Source: Eledone cirrhosa
Taxonomy: Eukaryota
NCBI GenBank assembly: GCA_964016885.1
Contig: OZ024740.1
Span: forward strand, 5,580,001 to 5,644,000
Length of the DNA stretch: 64,000 nt
Direction: 5' to 3'
Positions within the stretch are counted from its first letter, which is position 1. Each line of letters begins with the position of its first letter. Made by a program: the position numbers and the translations under genes. Below, one piece after another: positions 50,477-64,000 of this stretch. The notes under the pieces were generated by a model. The model worked only from the letters and a program-made list of their open reading frames with translations, was not told the DNA's origin and searched no databases.

Positions 50477-53400
50477 TGTTTCTTTTATTTGCCACCAGGG
50501 CATCAAAAGTGGGACAAGTACAATGGGGGGAGTTTACAAAACAAGGCGTCCTCAATAGGGAGGAGGCAATAACAATATATAAAAATAAAATAAAATATAA
50601 CAAAAAATAGAATTATAACAAAATCCTCAATAGAGGATTTTGTTATAAAATATAACAAAAAATAAAATTTATAACAAAATCCTCAATAGAGAGGAGGCGC
50701 CTTGGGGGGTCGCACACACCCCCGAAAAAAGTGTGCAACCCTTTTCCTCAGGAGCACAGAGAGGGGTGCTTCCTCGTTCCGTCCTCCTTTCCACCTACAG
50801 GCTTATGTGAAGAGAAGGCCCATTCACACGGGCCATTCTCGCCACTTTCACCCACCTTTCATAAAAACGACTGGGGTGGAGCACCTCTCTCTCCATCCTG
50901 ATCCGTCTTCCGAAATGATATCGGAAGAAACGGACCAGTTGTTGGCCAGAGAGAAAGGTGCCTGACCTCAGACCTTTCAGACGCGTCCACCATACAACCT
51001 CTTTCGCCATGGCTATTACGCACAGAAACACCGCCTCTGCTCCATCTTTGAAGGGGGGAGGCGGTTTGATCATTACAATAGACTCGGTGGTCAACCGGAT
51101 CGGTCCCACCCTTGACAGCAGTTGTTCGACATAGCCCCACAGATCGGCTACGCCCGAGCAGTGTACCAATGCGTGTGCAACGGTTTCCTCGTCGCACACG
51201 CATCTGGGACAGATCTTTTTGGCGGGGTCCCTACCCGGGCGCCCGTGTCTGTAGAGCTTTTCTCGAACGGGTAGAGCCCCTCGGTAGCACTGCCAGGCCA
51301 GGGACTTCTGGAAGTTGTCCATAGGTCCCGGGCTGAATGTCCTACCGAACAGGCTGGCCAGTTCGTCCTCCTCCATGTCTAGGGCTTCTCTGAGGGCGTC
51401 GTCGCACCTGCTCTGTACCAGCCCTCTATAGAATGTTGCGGTGGAGTCTCCACTGATAACCGGATCCGCCTGCCAGAGGGCGGTGAGCGCCTGGGCACAC
51501 TCAGTGTGCCAGGCGCCCAGTTTTCTCAGTCTTTGCTTGACCCAGGATTGCAGCTCGGTGAGTGAGACGAGTCTGGGAAAGGTTCGTCTCACAAACGAGG
51601 CCCACACCGGTTGACCGGTGAGGAATACGTAGAGGTGCCGTAGCCTTAATGCGTGTTTACGCATCATTAGCCACGGCAACCCCAGCCCTCCTTTCGAAGG
51701 GTGTTGACAGCCGATGGATCTCCTCACCATAGGAGCCCGCCTCTTCCAAACGAATTGGAAGAGCGCGCGCTCCATCTTGGTGAGGGTTTCCCTTGGGCAG
51801 GGCACTACGGTCAGGCGGTAGTAGATGACGGACGCTATATAGGTGTTCGCCACCTCCGCCCGACCTTTCAGGGATAGTTTGCAACTGGCCCACTTCTGGG
51901 TCAGTGCAAACACCCTGTTCGTAACCTCCGCCCAGTTTTTCTCCACCTGGAGGTCCGGTCCGAACCAGACCCCGAGCAACTTCACCGGGCCCTCCGTCCA
52001 GCGTCCGACGACGCCATCGGAGGGCATCGGTCTGCCCCTCCACGTGCCGAGTTGCAAACCGATCGACTTGTCCCGGTTCAGCTTAGCCCCTGTGAACCTT
52101 TCGTACTCCTCCAGTAAGGTGCCGACCACCTCGATTTCGGAGGCCGTCGACACCATTACTGTCACGTCATCGGCGTAGGCCGACACCGCTTTCCGCAATC
52201 CCGGTTCCAAAGGGATGCCCTGCAACAACTCCAACTTCCGCAGTAGTGGCTCGAGAGTCAACACATACAGAAGGGAGGAGACAGGGCACCCTTGTCGGAT
52301 GGACCGCGCGATTTTGAACGGCTCCGAGAGGTAGCCGTTCACCTTGACCCTAGAGCAGATGCGGTCGCTGTGCATAGCAGTGATCCAGCCCCTGAAAACG
52401 GGTCCGAAGCCTGCCGCCGCTAGCACCGCATCCAGGTAACCATGGTCGACCCTATCGAACGCCTTAGATTGATCCAAGTTGATCAGAGCCCCACCAAAGC
52501 CGGGTTCGTTCCCAACCCTCTCTATGATGTATCGCATGAGGTGGAGGTTTTCATGGATGGACCTAGACGGGATAGCGTATGTCTGCGCATCTCCCACCAG
52601 GTTGCCCACGACAAGGGCCAACCTCTTTGCTAGCACCTTGGCCAAAATCTGTAACTCTGTATTTAGCAGAGTTATGGGCCTGAAGTTACTTATTTCGTCC
52701 CCCTTGTTCTCATCCTTCCTCACTAGCGTGACTACGCCCTTGGTCACAGTACAGGGAATTCTCCCGTTCTGTTGCCAGTTGCAGTAGACCGCCTCGAGGA
52801 GATCGGGGAACAAGTCCGGCATAGCTAGATATAATTCGTAAGGAAGATCATCGAGACCCGGGGATTTGCGTTTGCCGCATTGGCTCAGCACGTCCTCTAT
52901 CTCAGCGGCCGAATTCGGCTCCTCGCAGGACTTCGCCTCCCTGTCCGAGAGACGCGGCAGGCCGTCGAGGTATGGACCGAAGTCCACGTTCCCAACCGGC
53001 TCCCCGCCCCTCCCGAACAGTCGGGCAAGTGCCTTTGAAAGGCCTCACACATCTGCTTAGGCTCAAGAATCGCCCGTCCATCCAGGTCTCGCAAAGACCG
53101 GATGGTGGATTTAGTTCCACTGTTGGCCTCTGTCACGCGGGCCCAGCTAACAGCTTTGGTCCCCTCGTTCCCTAGAGCACGTATTTTACTTCGGACAACG
53201 CAGCCTTCGTGCTTCGCGTCGAAAAACTGGCTCAAAGCCGTTCTCGACGCTAGCACTCTGGCCACGTCGCCGCTTCTAATTGCCTCTTCTACTCTATCTA
53301 TTAGCTCCCTTTCCTTCCTATTCCTATTCGCAGCTAGAACCTTACTAAATTCTATCGAGACTACTCTAATCTCTCTCTTTAGAGATACCCACCACCTGCT

Positions 53401-54923
53401 GTTGACGATCGCTCCAGTCAACCGTTCCTTAACTAACGTACTAATCCGATCCCTGTAAGCTCTACTTGCCGGCAAGGACAAGTTGAGCTTCCAGTAACCG
53501 GGGCCCTGTCTATGCGTTCTATCAAGGTTGACCCTGCAGGTCACCAACTTGTGGTCTGAATAGCCAACCATGAGCATTTCTGGACAACTTAAAAAGTCCC
53601 TGTCCTTATTTCTAACTAAAAATCTATCTAGGTACGACCTAGATGATCCGCTGCGATTTGACCAAGACCAGGTTGGCGCCGTCGGAAAATCTAGTCGAAA
53701 TCTATCAGCCAGGTCAAATCGGCTGAGTAACCCCTTGAGGCTGTTGCACCCCTCTCTATCGGGACATGCCCCTGCATAGTCCCTACGTCCATCCAGGATA
53801 CCATTCCAATCCCCCACTAAAAGCAGGGAACGGGACGTCCCTAGAAAAGACTCCAGACGCTGGAAAAAGTCGGGCCGCTCTGTCCCAAAAGGGGCATATG
53901 CGGCTACCAGCCTAAAGGCTCTACCTTCACCACTGCCAAGGTCCAGCACCACCAGTCGACCCCTTGGGTCCAAGTGAACTATCTGTGTTGCAAGGCCCAG
54001 ATGTTTTTGCAGCAGAACGACAACCCCACCCCCACCTCCGGGCTGACAGAGAGATGCGTGCATCTCAAAGTCGTCAAAGGTGGGGGCTAGCTGCCGCATG
54101 TTGCTGATCCGGGCCTCGCAGATAACTATCACATTTATAGATTGTGACCTGAGGTCATTTAGAAGCATTGCTTGCTTCCAAGATGAGCCCAGGCCACGCG
54201 CATTTAGACACCCTACTCTTAGCACAGCCATGTTGGTGGTAAGGAGAAAAGACACTTACCTCTCTGCGTCCCGGGAAACGGGCCGCTCAATTTCCATGCT
54301 GGTTGGGGATGGGTTGTTGGGTGGGGTGGTGGTTTGTGGAAGTGAAGGGGCATCGGTGTGTTGTGGGGTTGGGGTGTTTGTGGTTGAGTGGGTGTTTGGG
54401 TGGGGTGGGGGCGTGACATTTTTTAGGAGGAGGCGGTTGATTGGTTTGGCACAGGGGGGGCCCACGTCCTCCGTGAAATTTATTTTCAGTGTTTTGTACA
54501 AGTGCATTGGGACTTTTATCATTTTTAAATGAGGTAGTCCCACAGCAGTTATAAAGTTAGGCCCTTCAGTTTGGACCGAAGCGTTTGCTGAAATTGTTTT
54601 CCGTAGTTCTTTGTTGTCTGTGTTCGTGTATGTATATTGTAAGGTCTTTTTTTGTGTAGCAGTTAGTGTTGTGTGACAGGGAGGGGTGGTTTGTGTTCTC
54701 TTAGGGGGGGGGGTTTAAAGTTAACATGTGTGTCTGTGGTGCGTCTCCTCTTCTTTCTTTTTACTTGTTGGAAGGGATCTTTTTCGTCTTGCGACGAAAG
54801 GGGTTCGTCTTCCTTGTTGGGTGGGAGGGGTATGTTTTCTGGTAGTGTTTGCGGTGTGTGTGTTTTTGTATTTGTTTTGGGTGGGGAGGGATTGGGTGGG
54901 ACAGTATTCTGTGTTATTTTTTC
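50477..54923 (-). mobile_element. Tx1-like LINE copy B, truncated in ORF1, ORF2 nearly intact
   Basis: ORFs 52897-54255 and 50795-52987 are separated by one frameshift, with YADD intact. Flanked by a 22-bp TSD gcgagag(a/g)..gatatagata at 50455-50476 and 54924-54945 (one mismatch). Confidence 0.95.
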
Positions 54924-54965
54924 GCGAGAGAAAGAGATATAGATAGATAGATAGATAGATAGATA

Positions 54966-56333
54966 TATTTCTTTATTAGCCACAGGGGCACAAAAGAAGG
55001 GGACAAATACAAAGGGGGAAGTTTACATACAATAAAAACGTGTAAAATGTTATCACAGATGGAATTTAAAAGTTAGTCGATTTTCCCCAATAGAGGGAGA
55101 CAGTTTATATGGGTAACACAGACCCCCGAAAAAAATGTGCAACCCTCATCTCCAGGAGTACGAAGAGCTTGTACTCCTTTCCTCTCCTCCTCCTTTTCCT
55201 CAACCTACAGGCTGATATAGAGAGAAGGCCCATTCACTTGGGCCATTCTCGCCACTTTCACCCACCTTTCATAAAACTTGCTGGGGTACAGCACCTCTCT
55301 CTCCATCCTGATTCTTCTTCCAAAGTGGTATTTGAAAAAAAGAATCAGTTGTTGGCCGGAGAGAAAGGTGTCTGACCTCAGCCCTTTCAACCTTGTCCAC
55401 CATACAACCTCTTTCGCCATAGCTATCACACAAAGGAAAACCGCCTCTCCTTCGTTTTTGAAGGAGGGTGGCGGTTTGATCATGACAATGGACTCGGTGG
55501 TCAACTGGATTGGTCCCACCCGCGACAATAGTCGTTCTACATAGCCCTACAGGTCAGTGACGCCCGGGCAGTGTATGAATGCGTGCGCGACGGTTTCTTC
55601 GTCTCGCACGCACCTCGGACAGATCTTTTTTGCAGGGTCCCTGCCCGGGCGCCCATGTCTGTAGAGCTTGTCTCGAACTGGTAGAGCTCCTCGGTAGCAC
55701 TGCCAGGCCAGGGACTTTTGGAAGTTGTCCATCGGTCCCGGGCGGAAGGTCCTACCGAACAGACTAGCCAATTCATCTTCCTCCACGCCTAGAGTTTCAC
55801 CGAGCGCGTCGTCGCACTTGCTGCGGACCAACCCTCTATAGAATGACGAAGTGGAGTCTCCACTGATCGCCGGGTCCGCCTGCCAGAGGGCTGTGAGCGC
55901 CTGAGCACATTCGATGTGCCAGTCGCCCATTTTCCTCGGTCTCTGCTTGACCCAGGACTGCATCGGTCAGCGAGACGAGTCGTGGGAAGGCTCGCCTCAC
56001 GAACGGGGCCCACACCGGTTGTCCGGTGAGGAATACGTAGAGATGCCGCAGCCTGAGCGCGTGTTTGCGCATCGTCAACCACGGCATCCCCAGCCCTCCG
56101 TTAGAAGGGTGTTGGCAGCAGATGGATCTTCTTACCAAAGGAGCCCGCCTCTTCCAAAGGAATCGGAAGAGGGCGCGCTCCATTTTGGCGAGCGTTTTGG
56201 CTGGACAAGGCACGACGGTCAAGCGGTAGTAGATGGCGGACGCTATAAAAGTGTTCGCCACCTCCGCTCGACCTTTCAAGGATAGTTTGCACTCGGCCCA
56301 CTTCTGGGTGAGTGCAAACACCTTGGCCGTCAC
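54966..56333 (-). mobile_element. Tx1-like LINE copy C, 3' 1.4 kb, embedded in (GATA)n
   Basis: ORF2 C-terminal fragments; 3' end gtggctaataaagaaat; (GATA)n on both sides. Confidence 0.93.
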
Positions 56334-56334
56334 T

Positions 56335-56378
<44 letters not shown>

Positions 56379-56412
56379 GATAGGGAGAGAGAGCGAGAGA
56401 GAGAGAGAGAGG
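56334..56412. repeat. (GATA)n(GA)n microsatellite
   Basis: Direct reading. Confidence 0.95.
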
Positions 56413-56800
56413 TAGACAGATCTAAAGAACATCTAGATAAGAAAAGAAGCAGGACAAGGTGCCAGTATATCAACCGTTTCACAAAGAACCAGGGAAGAAC
56501 CTTTAAAATATCACATACAAGACATAAAAGATAAATAAATTAGCAGAATTGGATTTAAGTTTATTAGTTTTCAATTCAATATCAAAACTGTTTTTAAGCT
56601 CTTTTGTAAATATTTCCCTCTAAAATCCAATATTTTTGGAAGATCAATAACCCAATATAATTGAAATATCAATAAATGATAATTAAGATCAATAAATTGT
56701 TTGTTTAATATGAAACTCTTTTATAAGTCTGAGAGAATGAAAATGTTTGTAACTACAGTAAATGATTCTCTTAAACTTAAAGAATAATAGTTTGGTAGTG

Positions 56801-57080
56801 TTGGCAGTGTGGCTCTATGGTAAGGGTGTTAGACTTACGATGATAATGTCAAGGGTTCGATTCCTAGATTGGGTTGGGTGTTGTGTTCTTGAGCAAAACA
56901 CTTCATTTCACATTGCTACAGTATACTCAGCTGAAAATGAGTACCAGCAATAGCTGGGGGTTTAACCCTGTGGTGGACTGGTGTCCTGTCCAGGGGAAGT
57001 CTGGTACACTCAGTTGCTTCATGCCACAGAAACCGAGATAAGTACTGGCATGATGAGCCTCCAGGCTCAAGACAAATGAC
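56801..57080 (+). mobile_element. tRNA-derived SINE with CORE-like and V-like central domains
   Basis: B-box gggttcgattcct, then ttcttgagcaaaacacttcatttcacattgct, then aaccctgtggtggactggtgtcctgtccagggg..gcttcatgccacagaaaccg. Confidence 0.75.
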
Positions 57081-60000
57081 TGTTGGTACCACCCATACCA
57101 CTACTGTTGGTACCACCCATATCACTACTGTTGGTACCTCCCATACCACTACTGTTGGTACCTCCCATACCACTACTGTCGGTACCACCCATACCACTAC
57201 TGTTGGTACCACCCATACCATAACTGTTAGTACCTCCCATACCACTACTGTTGGTACCACCCATACCACAACTGTTGGTACCACCCATACCACTACTGTT
57301 GGTACCTCCCATACCACTACTGTTGGTACCTCCCATACCACTACTGTTGGTACCTCCCATACCATAACTGTTAGTACCTCCCATACCACTACTGTTGGTA
57401 CCTCCCATACCACAACTGTTGGTACCACCCATACCACTACTGTTGGTACCTCCCATACCACTACTGTTGGTACCTCCCATACCATAACTGTTAGTACCTC
57501 CCATACCACTACTGTTGGTACCTCCCATACCATAACTGTTAGTACCTCCCATACCACTACTGTTGGTACCTCCCATACCACAACTGTTGGTACCACCCAT
57601 ACCACTACTGTTGGTACCTCCCATACCACTACTGTTGGTACCACCCATACCACTACTGTTGGTACCTCCCATACCATAACTGTTAGTACCTCCCATACCA
57701 CTACTGTTGGTACCTCCCATACCACTACTGTTGGTACCTCCCATACCACTACTGTTGGTACCTCCCATACCATAACTGTTAGTACCTCCCATACCACTAC
57801 TGTTGGTACCTCCCATACCATAACTGTTAGTACCTCCCATACCACTACTGTTGGTACCTCCCATACCACAACTGTTGGTACCACCCATACCACTACTGTT
57901 GGTACCACCCATACCACTACTGTTGGTACCACCCATACCACTACTGTTGGTACCTCCCATACCACTACTGTTGGTACCACCCATAACACTACTGTTGGTA
58001 CCACCCATACCACTACTATTGGTACCACCCATACCACTACTGTTGGTACCACCCATACCACTAGTGTTGGTACCACCCATACCACTACTGTTGGTACCTC
58101 CCATACCACTACTGTTGGTACCTCCCATACCACTACTATTGGTACCACCCATACCACTACTGTTGGTACCACCCATACCACTAGTGTTGGTACCACCCAT
58201 ACCACTACTGTTGGTACCTCCCATACCACTACTGTTGGTACCTCCCATACCACTACTATTGGTACCACCCATACCACTACTGTTGGTACCACCCATACCA
58301 CTAGTGTTGGCACCACCCATACCACTACTGTTGGTACCACCCATACCACTACTGTTGGTACCACCCATACCATAACTGTTGGTACCACCCATACCACTAC
58401 TGTTGGTACCACCCATACCACTAGTGTTGGTACCACCCATACCACTACTGTTGGTACCACCCATACCACTACTGTTGGTACCTCCCATACCATAACTGTT
58501 GGTACCACCCATACCATAACTGTTGGTACCACCCATACCACTACTGTTGGTACCACCCATACCATAACTGTTGGTACTACCCATACCACTACTGTTGGTA
58601 CCACCCATACCAACACTGTTGGTACCACCCATACCACTACTGTTGGTACCACCCATACCACTACTGTTGGTACCACCCATACCACTACTGTTGGTACCAC
58701 CCATACCACTAGTGTTGGTACCACCCATACCAATACTGTTGGTACCACCCATACCATAACTGTTGGTACCACCCATACCACTACTATTGGTACCACCCAT
58801 ACCACTATTGTTGGTACCTCCCATACCAATACTGTTGGTACCACCCATACCACTACTGTTGGTACCTCCCATACCATAACTGTTGGTACCACCCATACCA
58901 CTACTGTTGGTACCACCCATACCATAACTGTTGGTACTACCCATACCACTACTGTTGGTACCTCCCATACCAATACTGTTGGTACCACCCATACCACTAC
59001 TGTTGGTACCTCCCATACCACTACTGTTGGTACCTCCCATACCACTACTGTTGGTACCACCCATACCACAACTGTTGGTACCACCCATACCACTACTGTT
59101 GGTACCACCCATACCACTACTGTTGGTACCACCCATACCACTACTGTTGGTACCTCCCATACCACTACTGTTGGTACCACCCATACCACTACTGTTGGTA
59201 CCAACCATACCACTACTGTTGGTACCACCCATACCACTACTGTTGGTTCCACCCATACCACTACTGTTGGTACCACCCATACCACTACTGTTGGTACCAC
59301 CCATACCACTACTGTTGGTACCAACCATACCACTACTGTTGGTACCACCCATACCACTATTGTTGGTACCAACCATACCACTACTGTTGGTACCACCCAT
59401 ACCACTACTGTTGGTACCTCCCATACCACTACTGTTGGTACCACCCATACCACTACTGTTGGTACCAACCATACCACAACTGTTGGTACCACCCATACCA
59501 CTACTGTTGGTATCACCCATACCAATACTGTTGGTACCTCCCATACCACTACTGTTGGTACCTCCCATACCACTACTGTTGGTACCTCCCATACCACTAA
59601 TGTTGGTACCTCCCATACCACTAATGTTGGTATCACCCATACCACTACTGTTGGTACCACCCATACCACTACTGTTGGTACCACCCATACCACTACTGTT
59701 GGTACCTCCCATACCACTAATGTTGGTACCACCCATACCACTACTGTTGGTACCTCCCATACCATAACTGTTGGTACCACCCATACCACTACTGTTGGTA
59801 CCTCCCATACCATAACTGTTAGTACCTCCCATACCACTACTGTTGGTACCTCCCATACCAACTGTTGGTACCACCATACCACTACTGTTGGTACCACCCA
59901 TACCAACTGTTGGTACCACCCATACCACTACTATTGGTACCACCCATACCAATACTGTTGGTACCACCCATACCACTACTGTTGGTACCACCCATACCAA

Positions 60001-63000
60001 TACTGTTGGTACCATCCATATCACTAATATTGGTACCTCCCATACAAATACTGTTGGTACCAACCATACCACTACTGTTGGTACCTCCCATACCACTACT
60101 GTTGGTACCACCCATACCACTACTGTTGGTACCACCCATACCACTACTGTTGGTACCTCCCATACCACTACTGTTGGTACCACCCATACCACTACTGTTG
60201 GTACCTCCCATACCACTACTGTCGGTACCTCCCATACCAACTGTTGGTACCACCCATACCACTACTGTTGGTACCACCCATACCAACTGTTGGTACCACC
60301 CATACCACTACTGTTGGTACCACCCATACCAATACTGTTGGTACCACCCATACCACTACTATTGGTACCTCCCATACCAACTGTTGGTACCACCCATACC
60401 AACTGTTGGTACCACCCATACCACTACTGTTGGTACCATCCATATCACTAATATTGGTACCTCCCATACAAATACTGTTGGTACCAACCATACCACTACT
60501 GTTGGTACCTCCCATACCACTACTGTTGGTACCACCCATACCACTACTGTTGGTACCACCCATACCACTACTGTTGGTACCTCCCATACCACTACTGTTG
60601 GTACCACCCATACCACTACTGTTGGTACCACCCATACCACTACTGTTGGTACCACCCATACCACTACTGTTCGTACCACCCATACCACTACTATTGGTAC
60701 CACCCATACCACTATTGTTGGTACCAACCATACCACTACTGTTGGTACCACCCATACCACTACTGTTGGTACCACCCATACCACTACTGTTGGTACCTCC
60801 CATACCACTAATGTTGGTACCACCCATACCACTACTGTTAGTACCTCCCATACCAATATTGTTGGTACCACCCATACCACTACTATTGGTACCTCCCATA
60901 CCACTACTGTTGGTACCTCCCATACCACTACTGTTGGTACCACCCATACCACTACTGTTCGTACCACCCATACCACTACTATTGGTACCACCCATACCAC
61001 TATTGTTGGTACCAACCATACCACTACTGTTGGTACCACCCATACCACTACTGTTGGTACCACCCATACCACTACTGTTGGTACCTCCCATACCACTAAT
61101 GTTGGTACCACCCATACCACTACTGTTAGTACCTCCCATACCAATACTGTTGGTACCACCCATACCACTACTATTGGTACCTCCCATACCACTACTGTTG
61201 GTACCTCCCATACCACTACTATTGGTACCTCCCATACCAATACTGTTGGTACCTCCCATACCACTACTGTTGGTACCTCCCATACCAATACTGTTGGTAC
61301 CACCCATACTACTACTATTGGTACCACCCATACCACTACTGTTGGTACCACCCATACCACTACTGTTGGTACCTCCCATATCACTACTGTTGGTACCTCC
61401 CATATCACTACTGTTGGTACCTCCCATACCACTACTGTTGGTACCTCCCATACCACTACTATTGGTACCTCCCATACCACTACTGTTGGTACCTCCCATA
61501 CCACTACTATTGGTACCTCCCATACCACTACTGTTGGTACCACCCATACCACTACTGTTGGTACCTCCCATACCAATACTGTTGGTACCACCCATACCAC
61601 TACTGTTGGTACCTCCCATACCACTACTGTTGGTACCACCCATACCACTACTGTTGGTACCACCCATACCACTACTGTTGGTACCACCCATACCACTACT
61701 GTTGGTACCTCCCATACCAATACTGTTGGTACCACCCATACCACTACTGTTGGTACCTCCCATAACACTACTATTGGTACCTCCCATACCACTACTGTTG
61801 GTACCACCCATACCACTACTGTTGGTACCTCCCATATCACTACTGTTGGTACCTCCCATACCACTACTGTTGGTACCTCCCATACCACTACTATTGGTAC
61901 CTCCCATACCACCACTGTTGGTACCTCCCATACCACTACTATTGGTACCTCCCATACCACTACTGTTGGTACCACCCATACCACTACTGTTGGTACCTCC
62001 CATACCACTACTGTTGGTACCTCCCATACCACTACTATTGGTACCTCCCATACCACTACTGTTGGTACCACCCATACCACTACTGTTGGTACCACCCATA
62101 TCACTACTGTTGGTACCTCCCATACCACTACTGTTGGTACCTCCCATACCATTACTGTTGGTACCACCCATACCACTACTATTGGTACCTCCCATACCAC
62201 TACTGTTGGTACCTCCCATACCACTACTGTTGGTACCACCCATATCACTACTGTTGGTACCTCCCATACCACTACTGTTGGTACCTCCCATACCATTACT
62301 GTTGGTACCACCCATACCACTACTGTTGGTACCTCCCATACCACTACTGTTGGTACCACCCATACCACTACTGTTGGTACCTCCCATACCATTACTGTTG
62401 GTACCACCCATACCACTACTGTTGGTACCTCCCATACCACTACTATTGGTACCTCCCATACCAAATGTTGGTACCACCCATACCACTAATGTTGGTACCT
62501 CCCATATCACTACTGTTGGTACCACCCATACCACTACTGTTGGTACCTCCCATACCATTACTGTTGGTACCACCCATACCACTACTGTTGGTACCTCCCA
62601 TACCACTACTATTGGTACCTCCCATACCAAATGTTGGTACCACCCATACCACTACTGTTGGTACCTCCCATATCACTACTGTTGGTACCACCCATACCAC
62701 TACTGTTGGTACCTCCCATACCATTACTGTTGGTACCACCCATACCACTACTGTTGGTACCTCCCATACCACTACTGTTGGTACCTCCCATACCACTACT
62801 GTTGGTACCACCCATATCACTACTGTTGGTACCTCCCATACCACTACTGTTGGTACCTCCCATATCACTACTGTTGGTACCACCCATACCACTACTGTTG
62901 GTACCACCCATACCACTACTGTTAGTACCACCAATACCACTACTGTTGGTACTTCCCATACCAAATGTTGGTACCACCCATACCACTACTGTTGGTACCA

Positions 63001-63155
63001 CCCATATCACTACTGTTGGTACCACCCATACCACTACTGTTGGTACCACCCATACCACTACTGTTGGTACCTCCCATACCACTACTGTTGGTACCTCCCA
63101 TACCATAACTGTTGGTACCACCAAATACCACTACTGTTGGTACCACCCATACCAT
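57079..63155. repeat. 24-bp minisatellite of about 6.1 kb (about 250 units) with a GGTACC core
   Basis: Unit accactactgttggtacc(a/t)cccat, with occasional 20-bp variants. Confidence 0.97.
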
Positions 63156-63184
63156 CATGATGATAAAGGGATGAGATCTAAAAG

Positions 63185-64000
63185 AGGGTTTTTATCAAGA
63201 CTCTGTGTCCCCTGTAGTGGCATGAAAGGGGTCTATTGTGGGGACTAACAGAGGTTTTATCAAGACTCTGTGTCCCCTGTAGTGGCCTGAAAGGGGTCTA
63301 TTGTGGGGACTAACAGAGGTTTTATCAAGACAATGTGTCCCCTGTAGCGGCCTGAAAGGGGTCTATTGTGGGGACTAACAGGTTTTATCAAGACTCTGTG
63401 TCCCCTGTAGTGGCCTGAAAGGGGTCTATTGTGGGGACTAACAGAGGTTTTATCAAGAAACTGTGTCCCCTGTAGTGGCCTGAAAGGGGTCTATTGTGGG
63501 GACTAACAGGTTTTATCAAGACTCTGTGTCCCCTGTAATGGCCTGAAAGGGGTCTATTGTGGGGACTAACAGGGTTTTTATCAAGACTCTGTGTCCCCTG
63601 TAGTGGCCTGAAAGGGGTCTATCGTGGGGACTAACAGATGTTTTATCAAGACTCTGTGTCCCCTGTAGTGGCCTGAAAGGGTTAAATTGTGGGGACTAAC
63701 AGAGGTTTTATCAAGACTCTGTGTCCCCTGCAGTGGCCTGAAAGGGGTCTATTGTGGGGACTAACAGGGTTTTTATTAAGACTCTGTGTCCGCTGTAGTG
63801 GCCTGAAAGGGGTCTATTGTGGGGACTAACAGGGTTTTTATCAAGACTCTGTGTCTCCTGTAGTGGCCTGAAAGGGGTCTATTGTGGGGACTAACAGGGT
63901 TTTTATTAAGACTCTGTATCCCCAGTAGTGGCCTGAAAGGGGTCTATTGTGGGGACTAACAGGGTTTTTATCAAGACTCTGTGTCCCCTGTAGTGGCCTG
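63185..64000. repeat. 65-bp satellite (at least 12 units, runs off the window)
   Basis: Unit agggtttttatcaagactctgtgtcccctgtagtggcctgaaaggggtctattgtggggactaac, with starts at 63831 and 63896. Confidence 0.97.

Noticed and set aside
57025-57070. gaaac...atgatgagcc in the SINE 3' part as a hammerhead
   Set aside because: The order and pairing do not fit any hammerhead topology
56916-63248. Mucin-like (TTTVGTSH)n and (GMGGTNSS)n ORFs of about 1000 aa
   Set aside because: Several frames are open on both strands, 4-bp deletions break frame repeatedly, the ATG derives from a SINE end, and there is no signal peptide or splice context

Overview
AT-rich eukaryotic DNA that is mostly transposon and tandem-repeat sequence. 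The repeat repertoire (RTE LINEs with (GAT)n tails, CORE-type tRNA SINEs, long (TA)n tracts) suggests an octopod cephalopod, which is inference only. One convincing host-gene exon is present at 40510-40595 (+). It encodes ELRGNIRVHCRLRP, the kinesin-14/KIF25-like neck-motor junction, so the rest is probably large introns or flanking DNA. Non-LTR retrotransposons of five types occur: RTE (three families, all with a C4HC3 PHD-like finger inside the RT domain), CR1, Tx1/L1 (three copies), and RLE-type fragments resembling HERO and CRE. There are also SINEs, two hAT-type MITEs and large arrays with 3, 24, 44, 61, 65 and 72-bp units. The most notable hidden signal is a set of at least six (TA)n-embedded palindromic elements carrying type I hammerhead ribozyme motifs, including a U3-A8 core variant; they are probably Penelope-like remnants. 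The long ORFs over the arrays are artefacts. All calls come from manual reading and element boundaries are approximate.
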